Positions 9,801-24,800 of a stretch of 64,000 nt of DNA are shown here, piece by piece. Location of the stretch: contig OZ024743.1 of NCBI GenBank assembly GCA_964016885.1, positions 211,172,001 through 211,236,000 on the forward strand, written 5' to 3'. Below the pieces are notes generated by a model, which searched no databases, was not told where the DNA came from, and saw nothing but the letters and a program-made list of their open reading frames with translations. Made by a program: the position numbers and the translations under genes. The stretch is from Eledone cirrhosa (Eukaryota). Numbering within the stretch: position 1 is the first letter of the stretch; every line of letters starts with the position of its first letter.

Positions 9801-12800
9801 ATACTACAGACATGTGGTTAGAATGTCTGAGGAAAGAATCACTAAAGAGCTGTTCCAGGTAGAGCCACTAATTCACTGAATTGAGAGATCATAGCTCTGA
9901 TACTATAGACATGTGGTTAGAATGTCTCAGGAAAGAATCACTGCAGAGCTGTTCCAGGTAGAGCCACTAATTCACTGAATTGAGAGATCATAGCTCTGAT
10001 ACTACAGACATGTGGTTAGAATGTCTGAGGAAAGAATCACTAGAGAGCTGTTCCAGGTAGAGCCACTAATTCACTGAATTGAGAGATCATAGCTCTGATA
10101 TTACAGACATGGGGTTAGAATGTCTCAGGAAAGAATCTCTAGAGAGCTGTTCCAGGTAGAGCCACTAATTCACTGAATTGAGAGATCACAGCTCTGATAC
10201 TATAGACATGGGGTTAGAATGTCTGAGGAAAGAATCACTAGAGAGCTGTTCCAGGTAGAGCCACTAATTCACTGAATTGAGAGATCACAATTCTGATATT
10301 ACAGACATGTGGTTAGAATGTCTGAGGAAAGAATCACTGGAGAGATGTTCCAGGTAGAGCCACTAATTCACTGAATTGAGAGATCACAGCTCTGATATTA
10401 CAGACATGGGGTTAGAATGTCTCAGGAAAGAATCACTAGAGAGCTGTTCAAGGTAGAGCCACTAATTCACTGAATTGAGAGATCACAGCTCTGATATTAC
10501 AGACATGTGGTTAGAATGTCTGAGGAAAGAATCACTGGAGAGCTGTTCCAGGTAGAGCCACTAATTCACTGAATTGAGAGATCACAGCTCTGATATTACA
10601 GACATGTGGTTAGAATGTCTGAGGAAAGAATCACTAGAGAGCTGTTCCAGGTAGAGCCGCTAATTCATTGAATTGAGAGATCACAGCTCTGATATTACAG
10701 ACATGTGGTTAGAATGTCTCAGAAAAGAATCACTAGAGAGCTGTTCAAGGTAGAGCCACTAATTCACTGAATTGAGAGATCACAGCTCTGATATTGCAGA
10801 CATGTGTTTAGAATGTCTGAGGAAAGAATTACTGGAGAGCTGTTCCAGGTAGAGCCACTAATTCACTGAATTGAGAGATCACAGCTCTGATATTACAGAC
10901 ATGTGGTTAGAATGTCTGAGGAAAGAATCACTAGAGTGCTGTTCCAGGTAGAGCCGCTAATTCACTGAATTGAGAGATCATAGCTCTGATACTACAGACA
11001 TGCGGTTAGAATGTCTGAGGAAAGAATCACTAGAGAGCTGTTCCAGGTAGAGCCGCTAATTCACTGAATTGAGAGATCATAGCTCTGATACTACAGACAT
11101 GTGGTTAGAATGTCTGAGGGAAGAATCACTAGAGAGCTGTTCCAGGTAGAGCTACTAATTCACTGAAGTGAGAGATCACAGCTCTGATACTACAGACATG
11201 TGGTTAGAATGTCTGAGGAACGAATCATTAAAGAGCTGTTCCAGTTAGAACCACTAATTCACCGAATTGAGAGATCATAACTTTGATACTACAGACATGT
11301 GGTTAGAATGTCTCAGGAAAGAATCACTGGAGAGCTGTTCCAGGTAGAGCCACTAATTCACTGAATTGAGAGATCACAGCTCTGATATTACAGACATGTG
11401 GTTAGAATGTCTGAGGAAAGAATCACTGGAGAGCTGTTCCAGATAGAGCCACTAATTCACTGAATTGAGAGATCACAGCTCTGATATTACAGACATGGGG
11501 TTAGAATGTCTGAGGAAAGAATCACTGGAGAGCTGTTCCAGGTAGAGCCACTAATTCACTGAATTGAGAGATTACAGCTCTGATATTACAGACAGGGGGT
11601 TAGAATGTCTGAGGAAAGAATCACTAGAGAGCTGTTCCAGGTAGAGCCACTAATTCACTGAATTGAGAGATCATAGCTCTGATACTACAGACATGCGGTT
11701 AGAATGTCTGAGGAAAGAATCACTAGAGAGCTGTTCCAGGTAGAGCCGCTAATTCACTGAATTGAGAGATCATAGCTCTGATACTACAGACATGTGGTTA
11801 GAATGTCTGAGGAAAGAATCACTAGAGAGCTGTTCCAGGTAGAGCCACTAATTCACTGAATTGAGAGATCACAGCTCTGATATTACAGACATGGGGTTAG
11901 AATGTCTCAGGAAAGAATGCCTAGAGAGCTGTTCAAGGTAGAGCCACTAATTCACTGAATTGAGAGATCACAGCTCTGATATTACAGACATGTGTTCAGA
12001 ATGTCTGAGGAAAGAATCACTGGAGAGCTGTTCCAGGTAGAGCCACTAATTCACTGAATTGAGAGATCACAGCTCTGATATTACAGACATCTGGTTAGAA
12101 TGTCTGAGGAAAGAATCACTAGAGAGCTGTTCCAGGTAGAGCCGCTAATTCACTGAATTGAGAGATCATAGCTCTGATACTACAGACATGCGGTTAGAAT
12201 GTCTGAGGAAAGAATCACTAGAGAGCTGTTCCAGGTAGAGCCGCTAATTCACTGAATTGAGAGATCATAGCTCTGATATTACAGACATGGGGTTAGAATG
12301 TCTCAGGAAAGAATCACTAGAGAGCTGTTCCAGGTAGAGCCACTAATTCACTGAATTGAGAGGTCACAGCTCTGATACTATAGACATGGGGTTAGAATGT
12401 CTGAGGAAAGAATCACTAGAGAGCTGTTCCAGGTAGAGCCACTAATTCACTGAATTGAGAGATCACAATTCTGATATTACAGACATGTGGTTAGAATGTC
12501 TGAGGAAAGAATCACTGGAGAGATGTTCCAGGTAGAGCCACTAATTCACTGAATTGAGAGATCACAGCTCTGATATTACAGACATAGGGTTAGAATGTCT
12601 CAGGAAAGAATCACTGGAGAGCTGTTCCAGGTAGAGCCACTAATTCACTGAATTGAGAGATCATAGCTCTGATATTACAGACATGTGGTTAGAATGTCTC
12701 AGGAAAGAATCACCAGAGAGCTGTTCCAGGTAGAGCCACTAATTCACTGAATTGAGAGATCTCAGCTCTGATATTACAGACATGTGGTTAGAATGTCTGA

Positions 12801-15800
12801 GGAAAGAATCACTAGAGAGCTGTTCCAGGTAGAGCCGCTAATTCACTGAATTGAGAGATCATAGCTCTGATACTACAGACATGTGGTTAGAATGTCTGAG
12901 GAAAGAATCACTAGAGAGCTGTTCCTGGTAGAGCCACTAATTCACTGAATTGAGAGATCACAGCTCTGATATTACAGACATGGGGTTAGAATGTCTCAGG
13001 AAAGAATCACTAGAGAGCTGTTCAAGGTAGAGCCACTAATTCACTGAATTGAGAGATCACAGCTCTGATATTACAGACATGTGTTTAGAATGTCTGAGGA
13101 AAGAATTACTGGAGAGCTGTTCCAGGTAGAGCCACTAATTCACTGAATTGAGAGATCACAGCTCTGATATTACAGACATGTGGTTAGAATGTGTGAGGAA
13201 AGAATCACTAGAGTGCTGTTCCAGGTAGAGCCGCTAATTCACTGAATTGAGAGATCATAGCTCTGATACTACAGACACGCGGTTAGAATGTCTGAGGAAA
13301 GAATCACTAGAGAGCTGTTCCAGGTAGAGCCGCTAATTCACTCAATTGAGAGATCATAGCTCTGATACTACAGACATGTGGTTAGAATGTCTGAGGGAAG
13401 AATCACTAGAGAGCTGTTCCAGGGAGAGCCACTAATTCACTGAAGTGAGAGATCACAGCTCTGATACTACAGACATGTGGTTAGAATGTCTGAGGAACGA
13501 ATCATTAAAGAGCTGTTCCAGGTAGAACCACTAATTCACCGAATTGAGAGATCATAACTTTGATACTACAGACATTTGGTTAGATTGTCTCAGGAAAGAA
13601 TCACTGGAGAGCTGTTCCAGGTAGAGCCACTAATTCACTGAATTGAGAGATCATAGCTCTGATATTACAGACATGTGGTTAGAATGTCTGAGGAAAGAAT
13701 CACTAGAGAGCTGTTCCAGGTAGAGCCACTAATTCAATGAATTGAGAGATCACAGTTCTGATATTACAGACATGTGGTTAGAATGTCTGAGGAAAGAATC
13801 ACTGGAGAGCTGTTCCAGGTAGAGCCACTAATTCACTGAATTGAGAGATCACAGCTCTGATATTACAGACATGGGGTTAGAATGTCTGAGGAAAGAATCA
13901 CTGGAGAGCTGTTCCAGGTAGAGCCACTAATTCACTGAATTGAGAGATCACAGCTCTGATATTACAGACATGTGGTTGGAATGTCTGAGGAAAGAATCAC
14001 TAGAGAGCTGTTGCAGGTAGAGCCACTAATTCACTGAATTGAGAGATCACAGCTCTGATATTACAGACATGGGATTAGAATGTTTGAGGAAAGAATCACT
14101 AGAGAGCTATTCCAGGTAGAGCCACTAGTTCACTGAATTGAGAGATCACAGCTCTGATATTACAGACATGTGGTTAGAATGTCTGAGGAAAGAATCACTG
14201 GAGAGCTGTTCCAGGTAGAGCCACTAATTCACTGAATTGAGAGATTACAGCTCTGATATTACAGACAGGTGGTTAGAATGTCTGAGGAAAGAATCACTAG
14301 AGAGCTGTTCCAGGTAGAGCCGCTAATTCACTGAATTGAGAGATCATAGCTCTGATACTACAGACATGGGGTTAGAATGTCTGAGGAAAGAATCACTAGA
14401 GAGCTGTTCCAGGTAGAGCCGCTAATTCACTGAATTGAGAGATCATAGCTCTGATACTACAGACATGTGGTTAGAATGTCTGAGGAAAGAATCACTAGAG
14501 AGCTGTTCCAGGTAGAGCCACTAATTCACTGAATTGAGAGATCACAGCTCTGATATTACAGACATGTGGTTAGAATGTCTGAGGAAAGAATCACTAGAGT
14601 GCTGTTCCAGGTAGAGCCGCTAATTCACTGAATTGAGAGATCATAGCTCTGATATTACAGACATGTGGTTAGAATGTCTGAGGAAAGAATCACTAGAGAG
14701 CTGTTCCAGGTAGAGCCGCTAATTCACTGAATTGAGAGATCACAGCTCTGATATTACAGACATGTGGTTAGAATGTCTCAGGAAAGAATCACTAGAGAGC
14801 TGTTCCAGGTAGAGCCACTAATTCACTGAATTGAGAGATCACAGCTCTGATATTACAGACATGCGGTTAGAATGTCTGAGGAAAGAATCACTAGAGAGCT
14901 GTTCCAGGTAGAGCCACTAATTCACTGAATTGAGAGATCATAGCTCTGATACTATAGACATGTGGTTAGAATGTCTGAGGAAAGAATCACTGGAGAGCTG
15001 TTCCAGGTAGAGCCACTAATTCACTGAATTGCGAGATCACAGCTCTGATATTACAGACATGGGGTTAGAATGTCTGAGGAAAGAATCACTGGAGAGCTAT
15101 TCCAAGTAGAGCCACTAATTCACTGAATTGAGAGATCACAGCTCTGATATTACAGACATGTGGTTAGAATGTCTGAGGAAAGAATCACTAGAGAGCTGTT
15201 CCAGGTAGAGCCACTAATTCACTGAATTGAGAGATCACAGCTCTGATATTACAGACATGAGGTTAGAATGTCTGAGGAAAGAATCACAAGAGAGCTGTTC
15301 CAGGTAGAGCCACTAATTCACTGAATTGAGAGATCGCAGCTCTGATATTACAGACATGTGGCTAGAATGTCTGAGGAAAGAATCACTGGAGAGCTGTTCC
15401 AGGTAGAGCAACTAATTCACTGAATTGAGAGATCACAGCTCTGATATTACAGACATGTGGTTAGAATGTCTGAGGAAAGAATCACTAGAGAGCTGTTCCA
15501 GGTAGAGCCACTAATTCACTGAATTGAGAGATCACAGCTCTGATATTACAGACATGTGGTTAGAATGTCTGAGGAAAGAATCACTAGAGAGCTGTTCCAG
15601 GTAGAGCCACTAATTCACTGAATTGAGAGATCACAGCTCTGATATTACAGACATGTGGTTAGAATGTCTCAGGAATGAATCACTGGAGAGCTGTTCCAGG
15701 TAGAGCCACTAATTCACTGAATTGAGAGATCTCAGCTCTGATATTACAGACATGTGGTTAGAATGTCTGAGTAAAGAATCACTGGAGAGCTGTTCCAGGT

Positions 15801-18800
15801 AGAGCCACTAATTCACTGAATTGAGAGATCACAGCTCTGATATTACAGACATGTGGTTGGAATGTCTGAGGAAAGAATCACTAGAGAGCTGTTCCAGGTA
15901 GAGCCACTAATTCACTGAATTGAGAGATCACAGCTCTGATATTACAGACATGTGGTTAGAATGTCTGAGGAAAGAATCACTAGAGAGCTGTTCCAGGTAG
16001 AGCCACTAGTTCACTGAATTGAGAGATCACAGCTCTGATATTACAGACACGTGGTTAGAATGTCTGAGGAAAGAATCACTAGAGAGCTGTTCCAGGTAGA
16101 GCCGCTAATTCACTGAATTGAGAGATCACAGCTCTGATATTACAGACATGTGGTTAGAATGTCTGAAGAAAGAATCACTAGCGAACTGTTCCAGGTAGAG
16201 CCACTAATTCACTGAATTGAGAGATCACAGCTCTGATATTACAGACATGTGGTTAGAATGTCTGAGGAAAGAATCACTAGAGAGCTGTTCCAGGTAGAGC
16301 CACTAATTCACTGAATTGAGAGATCATAGCTCTGATACTACAGACATGTGGTTAGAATGTCTCAGGAAAGAATCACTAGAGAGCTGTTCCAGGTAGAGCC
16401 ACTAATTCACCGAATTGAGAGATCATGGCTCTGATACTACAGACGTGTGGTTAGAATGTCTGAGGAAAGAATCACTAGAGAGCTGTTCCAGGTAGAGCCA
16501 CTAATTCACTGAATTGAGAGATCATAGCTCTGATATTACAGACATGTGGTTAGAATGTCTGAGGAAAGAATCACTAGAGAACTGTTCCAGGTAGAGCCAC
16601 TAATTTACTGAATTGAGAGATCACAGCTCTGATAATACAGACATGTGGTTAGAATGTCTGAGGAAAGAGTCACTAGAGAGCTGTTCCAGGCAGAGCCACT
16701 AATTTACCGAATTGAGAGATCATAGCTCTGATACTACAGACATGTGGTTAGAATGTCTGAGGAAAGAATCACTAAAGAGCTGTTCCAGGTAGTGCCACTA
16801 ATTCACTGAATTGAGAGATCATAGCTCTGATACTATAGACATGTGGTTAGAATGTCTCAGGAAAGAATCACTGCAGAGCTGTTCCAGGTAGAGCCACTAA
16901 TTCACTGAATTGAGAGATCATAGCTCTGATACTACAGACATGTGGTTAGAATGTCTGAGGAAAGAATCACTAGAGAGCTGTTCCAGGTAGAGCCACTAAT
17001 TCACTGAATTGAGAGATCATAGCTCTGATATTACAGACATGGGGTTAGAATGTCTCAGGAAAGAATCTCTAGAGAGCTGTTCCAGGTAGAGCCACTAATT
17101 CACTGAATTGAGAGATCACAGCTCTGATACTATAGACATGGGGTTAGAATGTCTGAGGAAAGAATCACTAGAGAGCTGTTCCAGGTAGAGCCACTAATTC
17201 ACTGAATTGAGAGATCACAATTCTGATATTACAGACATGTGGTTAGAATGTCTGAGGAAAGAATCACTGGAGAGATGTTCCAGGTAGAGCCACTAATTCA
17301 CTGAATTGAGAGATCACAGCTCTGATATTACAGACATGGGGTTAGAATGTCTCAGGAAAGAATCACTAGAGAGCTGTTCAAGGTAGAGCCACTAATTCAC
17401 TGAATTGAGAGATCACAGCTCTGATATTACAGACATGTGGTTAGAATGTCTGAGGAAAGAATCACTGGAGAGCTGTTCCAGGTAGAGCCACTAATTCACT
17501 GAATTGAGAGATCACAGCTCTGATATTACAGACATGTGGTTAGAATGTCTGAGGAAAGAATCACTAGAGAGCTGTTCCAGGTAGAGCCGCTAATTCATTG
17601 AATTGAGAGATCACAGCTCTGATATTACAGACATGTGGTTAGAATGTCTCAGAAAAGAATCACTAGAGAGCTGTTCAAGGTAGAGCCACTAATTCACTGA
17701 ATTGAGAGATCACAGCTCTGATATTGCAGACATGTGTTTAGAATGTCTGAGGAAAGAATTACTGGAGAGCTGTTCCAGGTAGAGCCACTAATTCACTGAA
17801 TTGAGAGATCACAGCTCTGATATTACAGACATGTGGTTAGAATGTCTGAGGAAAGAATCACTAGAGTGCTGTTCCAGGTAGAGCCGCTAATTCACTGAAT
17901 TGAGAGATCATAGCTCTGATACTACAGACATGCGGTTAGAATGTCTGAGGAAAGAATCACTAGAGAGCTGTTCCAGGTAGAGCCGCTAATTCACTGAATT
18001 GAGAGATCATAGCTCTGATACTACAGACATGTGGTTAGAATGTCTGAGGGAAGAATCACTAGAGAGCTGTTCCAGGTAGAGCTACTAATTCACTGAAGTG
18101 AGAGATCACAGCTCTGATACTACAGACATGTGGTTAGAATGTCTGAGGAACGAATCATTAAAGAGCTGTTCCAGTTAGAACCACTAATTCACCGAATTGA
18201 GAGATCATAACTTTGATACTACAGACATGTGGTTAGAATGTCTCAGGAAAGAATCACTGGAGAGCTGTTCCAGGTAGAGCCACTAATTCACTGAATTGAG
18301 AGATCACAGCTCTGATATTACAGACATGTGGTTAGAATGTCTGAGGAAAGAATCACTGGAGAGCTGTTCCAGATAGAGCCACTAATTCACTGAATTGAGA
18401 GATCACAGCTCTGATATTACAGACATGGGGTTAGAATGTCTGAGGAAAGAATCACTGGAGAGCTGTTCCAGGTAGAGCCACTAATTCACTGAATTGAGAG
18501 ATTACAGCTCTGATATTACAGACAGGGGGTTAGAATGTCTGAGGAAAGAATCACTAGAGAGCTGTTCCAGGTAGAGCCACTAATTCACTGAATTGAGAGA
18601 TCATAGCTCTGATACTACAGACATGCGGTTAGAATGTCTGAGGAAAGAATCACTAGAGAGCTGTTCCAGGTAGAGCCGCTAATTCACTGAATTGAGAGAT
18701 CATAGCTCTGATACTACAGACATGTGGTTAGAATGTCTGAGGAAAGAATCACTAGAGAGCTGTTCCAGGTAGAGCCACTAATTCACTGAATTGAGAGATC

Positions 18801-21800
18801 ACAGCTCTGATATTACAGACATGGGGTTAGAATGTCTCAGGAAAGAATCACTAGAGAGCTGTTCAAGGTAGAGCCACTAATTCACTGAATTGAGAGATCA
18901 CAGCTCTGATATTACAGACATGTGTTCAGAATGTCTGACGAAAGAATCACTGGAGAGCTGTTCCAGGTAGAGCCACTAATTCACTGAATTGAGAGATCAC
19001 AGCTCTGATATTACAGACATCTGGTTAGAATGTCTGAGGAAAGAATCACTAGAGAGCTGTTCCAGGTAGAGCCGCTAATTCACTGAATTGAGAGATCATA
19101 GCTCTGATACTACAGACATGCGGTTAGAATGTCTGAGGAAAGAATCACTAGAGAGCTGTTCCAGGTAGAGCCGCTAATTCACTGAATTGAGAGATCATAG
19201 CTCTGATATTACAGACATGGGGTTAGAATGTCTCAGGAAAGAATCACTAGAGAGCTGTTCCAGGTAGAGCCACTAATTCACTGAATTGAGAGGTCACAGC
19301 TCTGATACTATAGACATGGGGTTAGAATGTCTGAGGAAAGAATCACTAGAGAGCTGTTCCAGGTAGAGCCACTAATTCACTGAATTGAGAGATCACAATT
19401 CTGATATTACAGACATGTGGTTAGAATGTCTGAGGAAAGAATCACTGGAGAGATGTTCCAGGTAGAGCCACTAATTCACTGAATTGAGAGATCACAGCTC
19501 TGATATTACAGACATAGGGTTAGAATGTCTCAGGAAAGAATCACTGGAGAGCTGTTCCAGGTAGAGCCACTAATTCACTGAATTGAGAGATCATAGCTCT
19601 GATATTACAGACATGTGGTTAGAATGTCTCAGGAAAGAATCACCAGAGAGCTGTTCCAGGTAGAGCCACTAATTCACTGAATTGAGAGATCTCAGCTCTG
19701 ATATTACAGACATGTGGTTAGAATGTCTGAGGAAAGAATCACTAGAGAGCTGTTCCAGGTAGAGCCGCTAATTCACTGAATTGAGAGATCATAGCTCTGA
19801 TACTACAGACATGTGGTTAGAATGTCTGAGGAAAGAATCACTAGAGAGCTGTTCCTGGTAGAGCCACTAATTCACTGAATTGAGAGATCACAGCTCTGAT
19901 ATTACAGACATGGGGTTAGAATGTCTCAGGAAAGAATCACTAGAGAGCTGTTCAAGGTAGAGCCACTAATTCACTGAATTGAGAGATCACAGCTCTGATA
20001 TTACAGACAAGTGGTTAGAATGTCTGAGGAAAGAATCACTGGAGAGCTGTTCCAGGTAGAGCCACTAATTCACTGAATTGAGAGATCACAGCTCTGATAT
20101 TACAGACATGTGGTTAGAATGTCTGAGGAAAGAATCACTAGAGAGCTGTTCCAGGTAGAGCCGCTAATTCATTGAATTGAGAGATCACAGCTCTGATATT
20201 ACAGACATGTGGTTAGAATGTCTCAGAAAAGAATCACTAGAGAGCTGTTCAAGGTAGAGCCACTAATTCACTGAATTGAGAGATCCCAGCTCTGATATTA
20301 CAGACATGTGTTTAGAATGTCTGAGGAAAGAATTACTGGAGAGCTGTTCCAGGTAGAGCCACTAATTCACTGAATTGAGAGATCACAGCTCTGATATTAC
20401 AGACATGTGGTTAGAATGTGTGAGGAAAGAATCACTAGAGTGCTGTTCCAGGTAGAGCCGCTAATTCACTGAATTGAGAGATCATAGCTCTGATACTACA
20501 GACACGCGGTTAGAATGTCTGAGGAAAGAATCACTAGAGAGCTGTTCCAGGTAGAGCCGCTAATTCACTCAATTGAGAGATCATAGCTCTGATACTACAG
20601 ACATGTGGTTAGAATGTCTGAGGGAAGAATCACTAGAGAGCTGTTCCAGGGAGAGCCACTAATTCACTGAAGTGAGAGATCACAGCTCTGATACTACAGA
20701 CATGTGGTTAGAATGTCTGAGGAACGAATCATTAAAGAGCTGTTCCAGGTAGAACCACTAATTCACCGAATTGAGAGATCATAACTTTGATACTACAGAC
20801 ATTTGGTTAGATTGTCTCAGGAAAGAATCACTGGAGAGCTGTTCCAGGTAGAGCCACTAATTCACTGAATTGAGAGATCATAGCTCTGATATTACAGACA
20901 TGTGGTTAGAATGTCTGAGGAAAGAATCACTAGAGAGCTGTTCCAGGTAGAGCCACTAATTCAATGAATTGAGAGATCACAGTTCTGATATTACAGACAT
21001 GTGGTTAGAATGTCTGAGGAAAGAATCACTGGAGAGCTGTTCCAGGTAGAGCCACTAATTCACTGAATTGAGAGATCACAGCTCTGATATTACAGACATG
21101 GGGTTAGAATGTCTGAGGAAAGAATCACTGGAGAGCTGTTCCAGGTAGAGCCACTAATTCACTGAATTGAGAGATTACAGCTCTGATATTACAGACAGGG
21201 GGTTAGAATGTCTGAGGAAAGAATCACTAGAGAGCTGTTCCAGGTAGAGCCGCAAATTCAATGAATTGAGAGATTATAGCTCTGATACTACAGACATGCG
21301 TTTAGAATGTCTGAGGAAAGAATCACTAGAGAGCTGTTCCAAGTAGAGCCGCTAATTCACTGAATTGAGAGATTATAGCTCTGATACTACAGACATGTGG
21401 TTAGAATGTCTGAGGAAAGAATCACTAGAGAGCTGTTCCAGGTAGAGCCGCTAATTCATTGAATTGAGAGATCACAGCTCTGATATTACAGACATGTGGT
21501 TAGAATGTCTCAGAAAAGAATCACTAGAGAGCTGTTCAAGGTAGAGCCACTAATTCACTGAATTGAGAGATCACAGCTCTGATATTACAGACATGTGTTT
21601 AGAATGTCTGAGGAAAGAATCACTGGAGAGCTGTTCCAGGTAGAGCCACTAATTCACTGAATTGAGAGATCACAGCTCTGATATTACAGACATGTGGTTA
21701 GAATGTCTGAGGAAAGAATCACTAGAGAGCTGTTCCAGGTAGAGCCGCTAATTCACTGAATTGAGAGATCATAGCTCTGATACTACAGACATGCGGTTAG

Positions 21801-24800
21801 AATGTCTGAGGAAAGAATCACTAGAGAGCTGTTCCAGGTAGAGCCGCTAATTCACTCAATTGAGAGATCATAGCTCTGATACTACAGACATGTGGTTAGA
21901 ATGTCTGAGGAAAGAATCACTAGAGAGCTGTTCCAGGTAGAGCCACTAATTCACTGAATTGAGAGATCATAGCTCTGATATTACAGACATGGGGTTAGAA
22001 TGTCTGAGGAAAGAATCACTAGAGAGCTGTTCCAGGTAGAGCCACTAATTCACTGAATTGAGAGATCACAGCTCTGATACTATAGACATGGGGTTAGAAT
22101 GTCTGAGGAAAGAATCACTAGAGAGCTGTTCCAGGTAGAGCCACTAATTCACTGAATTGAGAGATCACAATTCTGATATTACAGACATGTGGTTAGAATG
22201 TCTGAGGAAAGAATCACTGGAGAGATGTTCCAGGTAGAGCCACTAATTCACTGAATTGAGAGATCACAGCTCTGATATTACAGACATGGGGTTAGAATGT
22301 CTCAGGAAAGAATCACTAGAGAGCTGTTCAAGGTAGAGCCACTAATTCACTGAATTGAGAGATCACAGCTCTGATATTACAGACATGTGGTTAGAATTTC
22401 TGAGGAAAGAATCACTGGAGAGCTGTTCCAGGTAGAGCCACTAATTCACTGAATTGAGAGATCACAGCTCTGATATTACAGACATGTGGTTAGAATGTCT
22501 GAGGAAAGAATCACTAGAGAGCTGTTCCAGGTAGAGCCGCTAATTCATTGAATTGAGAGATCACAGCTCTGATATTACAGACATGTGGTTAGAATGTCTC
22601 AGAAAAGAATCACTAGAGAGCTGTTCAAGGTAGAGCCACTAATTCACTGAATTGAGAGATCACAGCTCTGATATGACAGACATGTGGTTAGAATGTCTGA
22701 GGAAACAATCACTAGAGAGCTGTTCCAGGTAGAGCCACTAATTCACTGAATTGAGAGATCACAGCTGTGATATTACAGACATGTGGTTAGAATGTCTGAG
22801 GAAAGAATCACTAGAGAGCTGTTCCAGGTAGAGCCGCTAGTTCACTGAATTGAGAGATCATAGCTCTGATACTACAGACATGCGGTTAGAATGTCTGAGG
22901 AAAGAATCACTAGAGAGCTGTTCCAGGTAGAGCCGCTAATTCACTCAATTGAGAGATCATAGCTCTGATACTACAGACATGTGGTTAGAATGTCTCAGGA
23001 ATGAATCACTGGAGAGCTGTTCCAGGTAGAGCCACTAATTCACTGAATTGAGAGATCTCAGCTCTGATATTACAGACATGTGGTTAGAATGTCTGAGTAA
23101 AGAATCACTGGAGAGCTGTTCCAGGTAGAGCCACTAATTCACTGAATTGAGAGATCACAGCTCTGATATTACAGACATGTGGTTGGAATGTCTGAGGAAA
23201 GAATCACTAGAGAGCTGTTCCAGGTAGAGCCACTAATTCACTGAATTGAGAGATCACAGCTCTGATATTACAGACATGTGGTTAGAATGTCTCAGGAAAG
23301 AATCACTAGAGACCTGTTCCAGGTAGAGCCACTAATTCACTGAATTGAGAGATCACAGCTCTGATATTACAGACATGTGGTTAGAATGTCTGAAGAAAGA
23401 ATTACTAGAGAGCTGTTCCAGGTAGAGCCACTAATTCACTGAATTGAGACATTACATCTCTGATATTACAGACATGTGGTTAGAATGTCTGAGGAAAGAA
23501 TCACTAGAGAGCTGTTCCAGGTAGAGCCGCTAATTCACTGAATTGAGAGATCATAGCTCTGATACTACAGACATGTGGTTAGAATGTCTGAGGGAAGAAT
23601 CACTAGAGAGCTGTTCCAGGTAGAGCCACTAATTCACTGAATTGAGAGATCACAGCTCTGATACTACAGACATGTGGTTAGAATGTCTGAGGAACGAATC
23701 ACTAGAGAGCTGTTCCAGGTAGAGCCACTAATTCACCGAATTGAGAGAACATAACTTTGATACTACAGACATGTGGTTAGAATGTCTCAGCAAAGAATCA
23801 CTGGAGAGCTGTTCCAGGTAGAGCCACTAATTCACTGAATTGAGAGATCACAGCTCTGATATTACAGACATGTGGTTAGAATGTCTGAGGAAAGAATCAC
23901 TGGAGAGCTGTTCCAGGTAGAGCCGCTAATTCACTGAATTGAGAGATCACAGCTCTGATATTACAGACATGTGGTTAGAATGTCTGAGGAAAGAATCACT
24001 AGAGAGCTGTTCCAGGTAGAGCCGCTAATTCACTGAATTGAGAGATCATAGCTCTGATACTACAGACATGAGGTTAGAATGTCTAAGGAAAGAATCACTA
24101 GAGAGCTGTTTCAGGTAGAGCCGCTAATTCACTCAATTGAGAGATCATAGCTCTGATACTACAGACATGTGGTTAGAATGTCTGAGGAAAGAATCACTAG
24201 AGAGCTGTTCCAGGTAGAGCCACTAATTCACTGAATTGAGAGATCACAGCTCTGATATTACAGACATGTGGTTAGAATGTCTCAGGAAAGAATCACTAGA
24301 GACCTGTTCCAGGTAGAGCGACTAATTCACTGAATTGAGAGATCACAGCTCTGATATTACAGACATGTGGTTAGAATGTCTGAGGAAAGAATCACTAGAG
24401 AGCTGTTCCAGGTAGAGCCACTAATTCACAGAATTGAGACATTACAGCTCTGATATTACAGACATGTGGTTAGAATGTCTGAGTAAAGAATCACTGGAGA
24501 GCTGTTCCATGTAGAGCCACTAATTCACTGAATTGAGAGATCACAGCTCTGATATTACAGACATGTGGTTGGAATGTCTGAGGAAAGAATCACTAGAGAG
24601 CTGTTCCAGGTAGAGCCACTAATTCACTGAATTGAGAGATCATAGCTCTGATACTACAGACATGAGGTTAGAATGTCTAAGGAAAGAATCACTAGAGAGC
24701 TGTTCCAGGTAGAGCCGCTAATTCACTCAATTGAGAGATCATAGCTCTGATACTACAGACATGTGGTTAGAATGTCTGAGGAAAGAATCACTAGAGAGCT

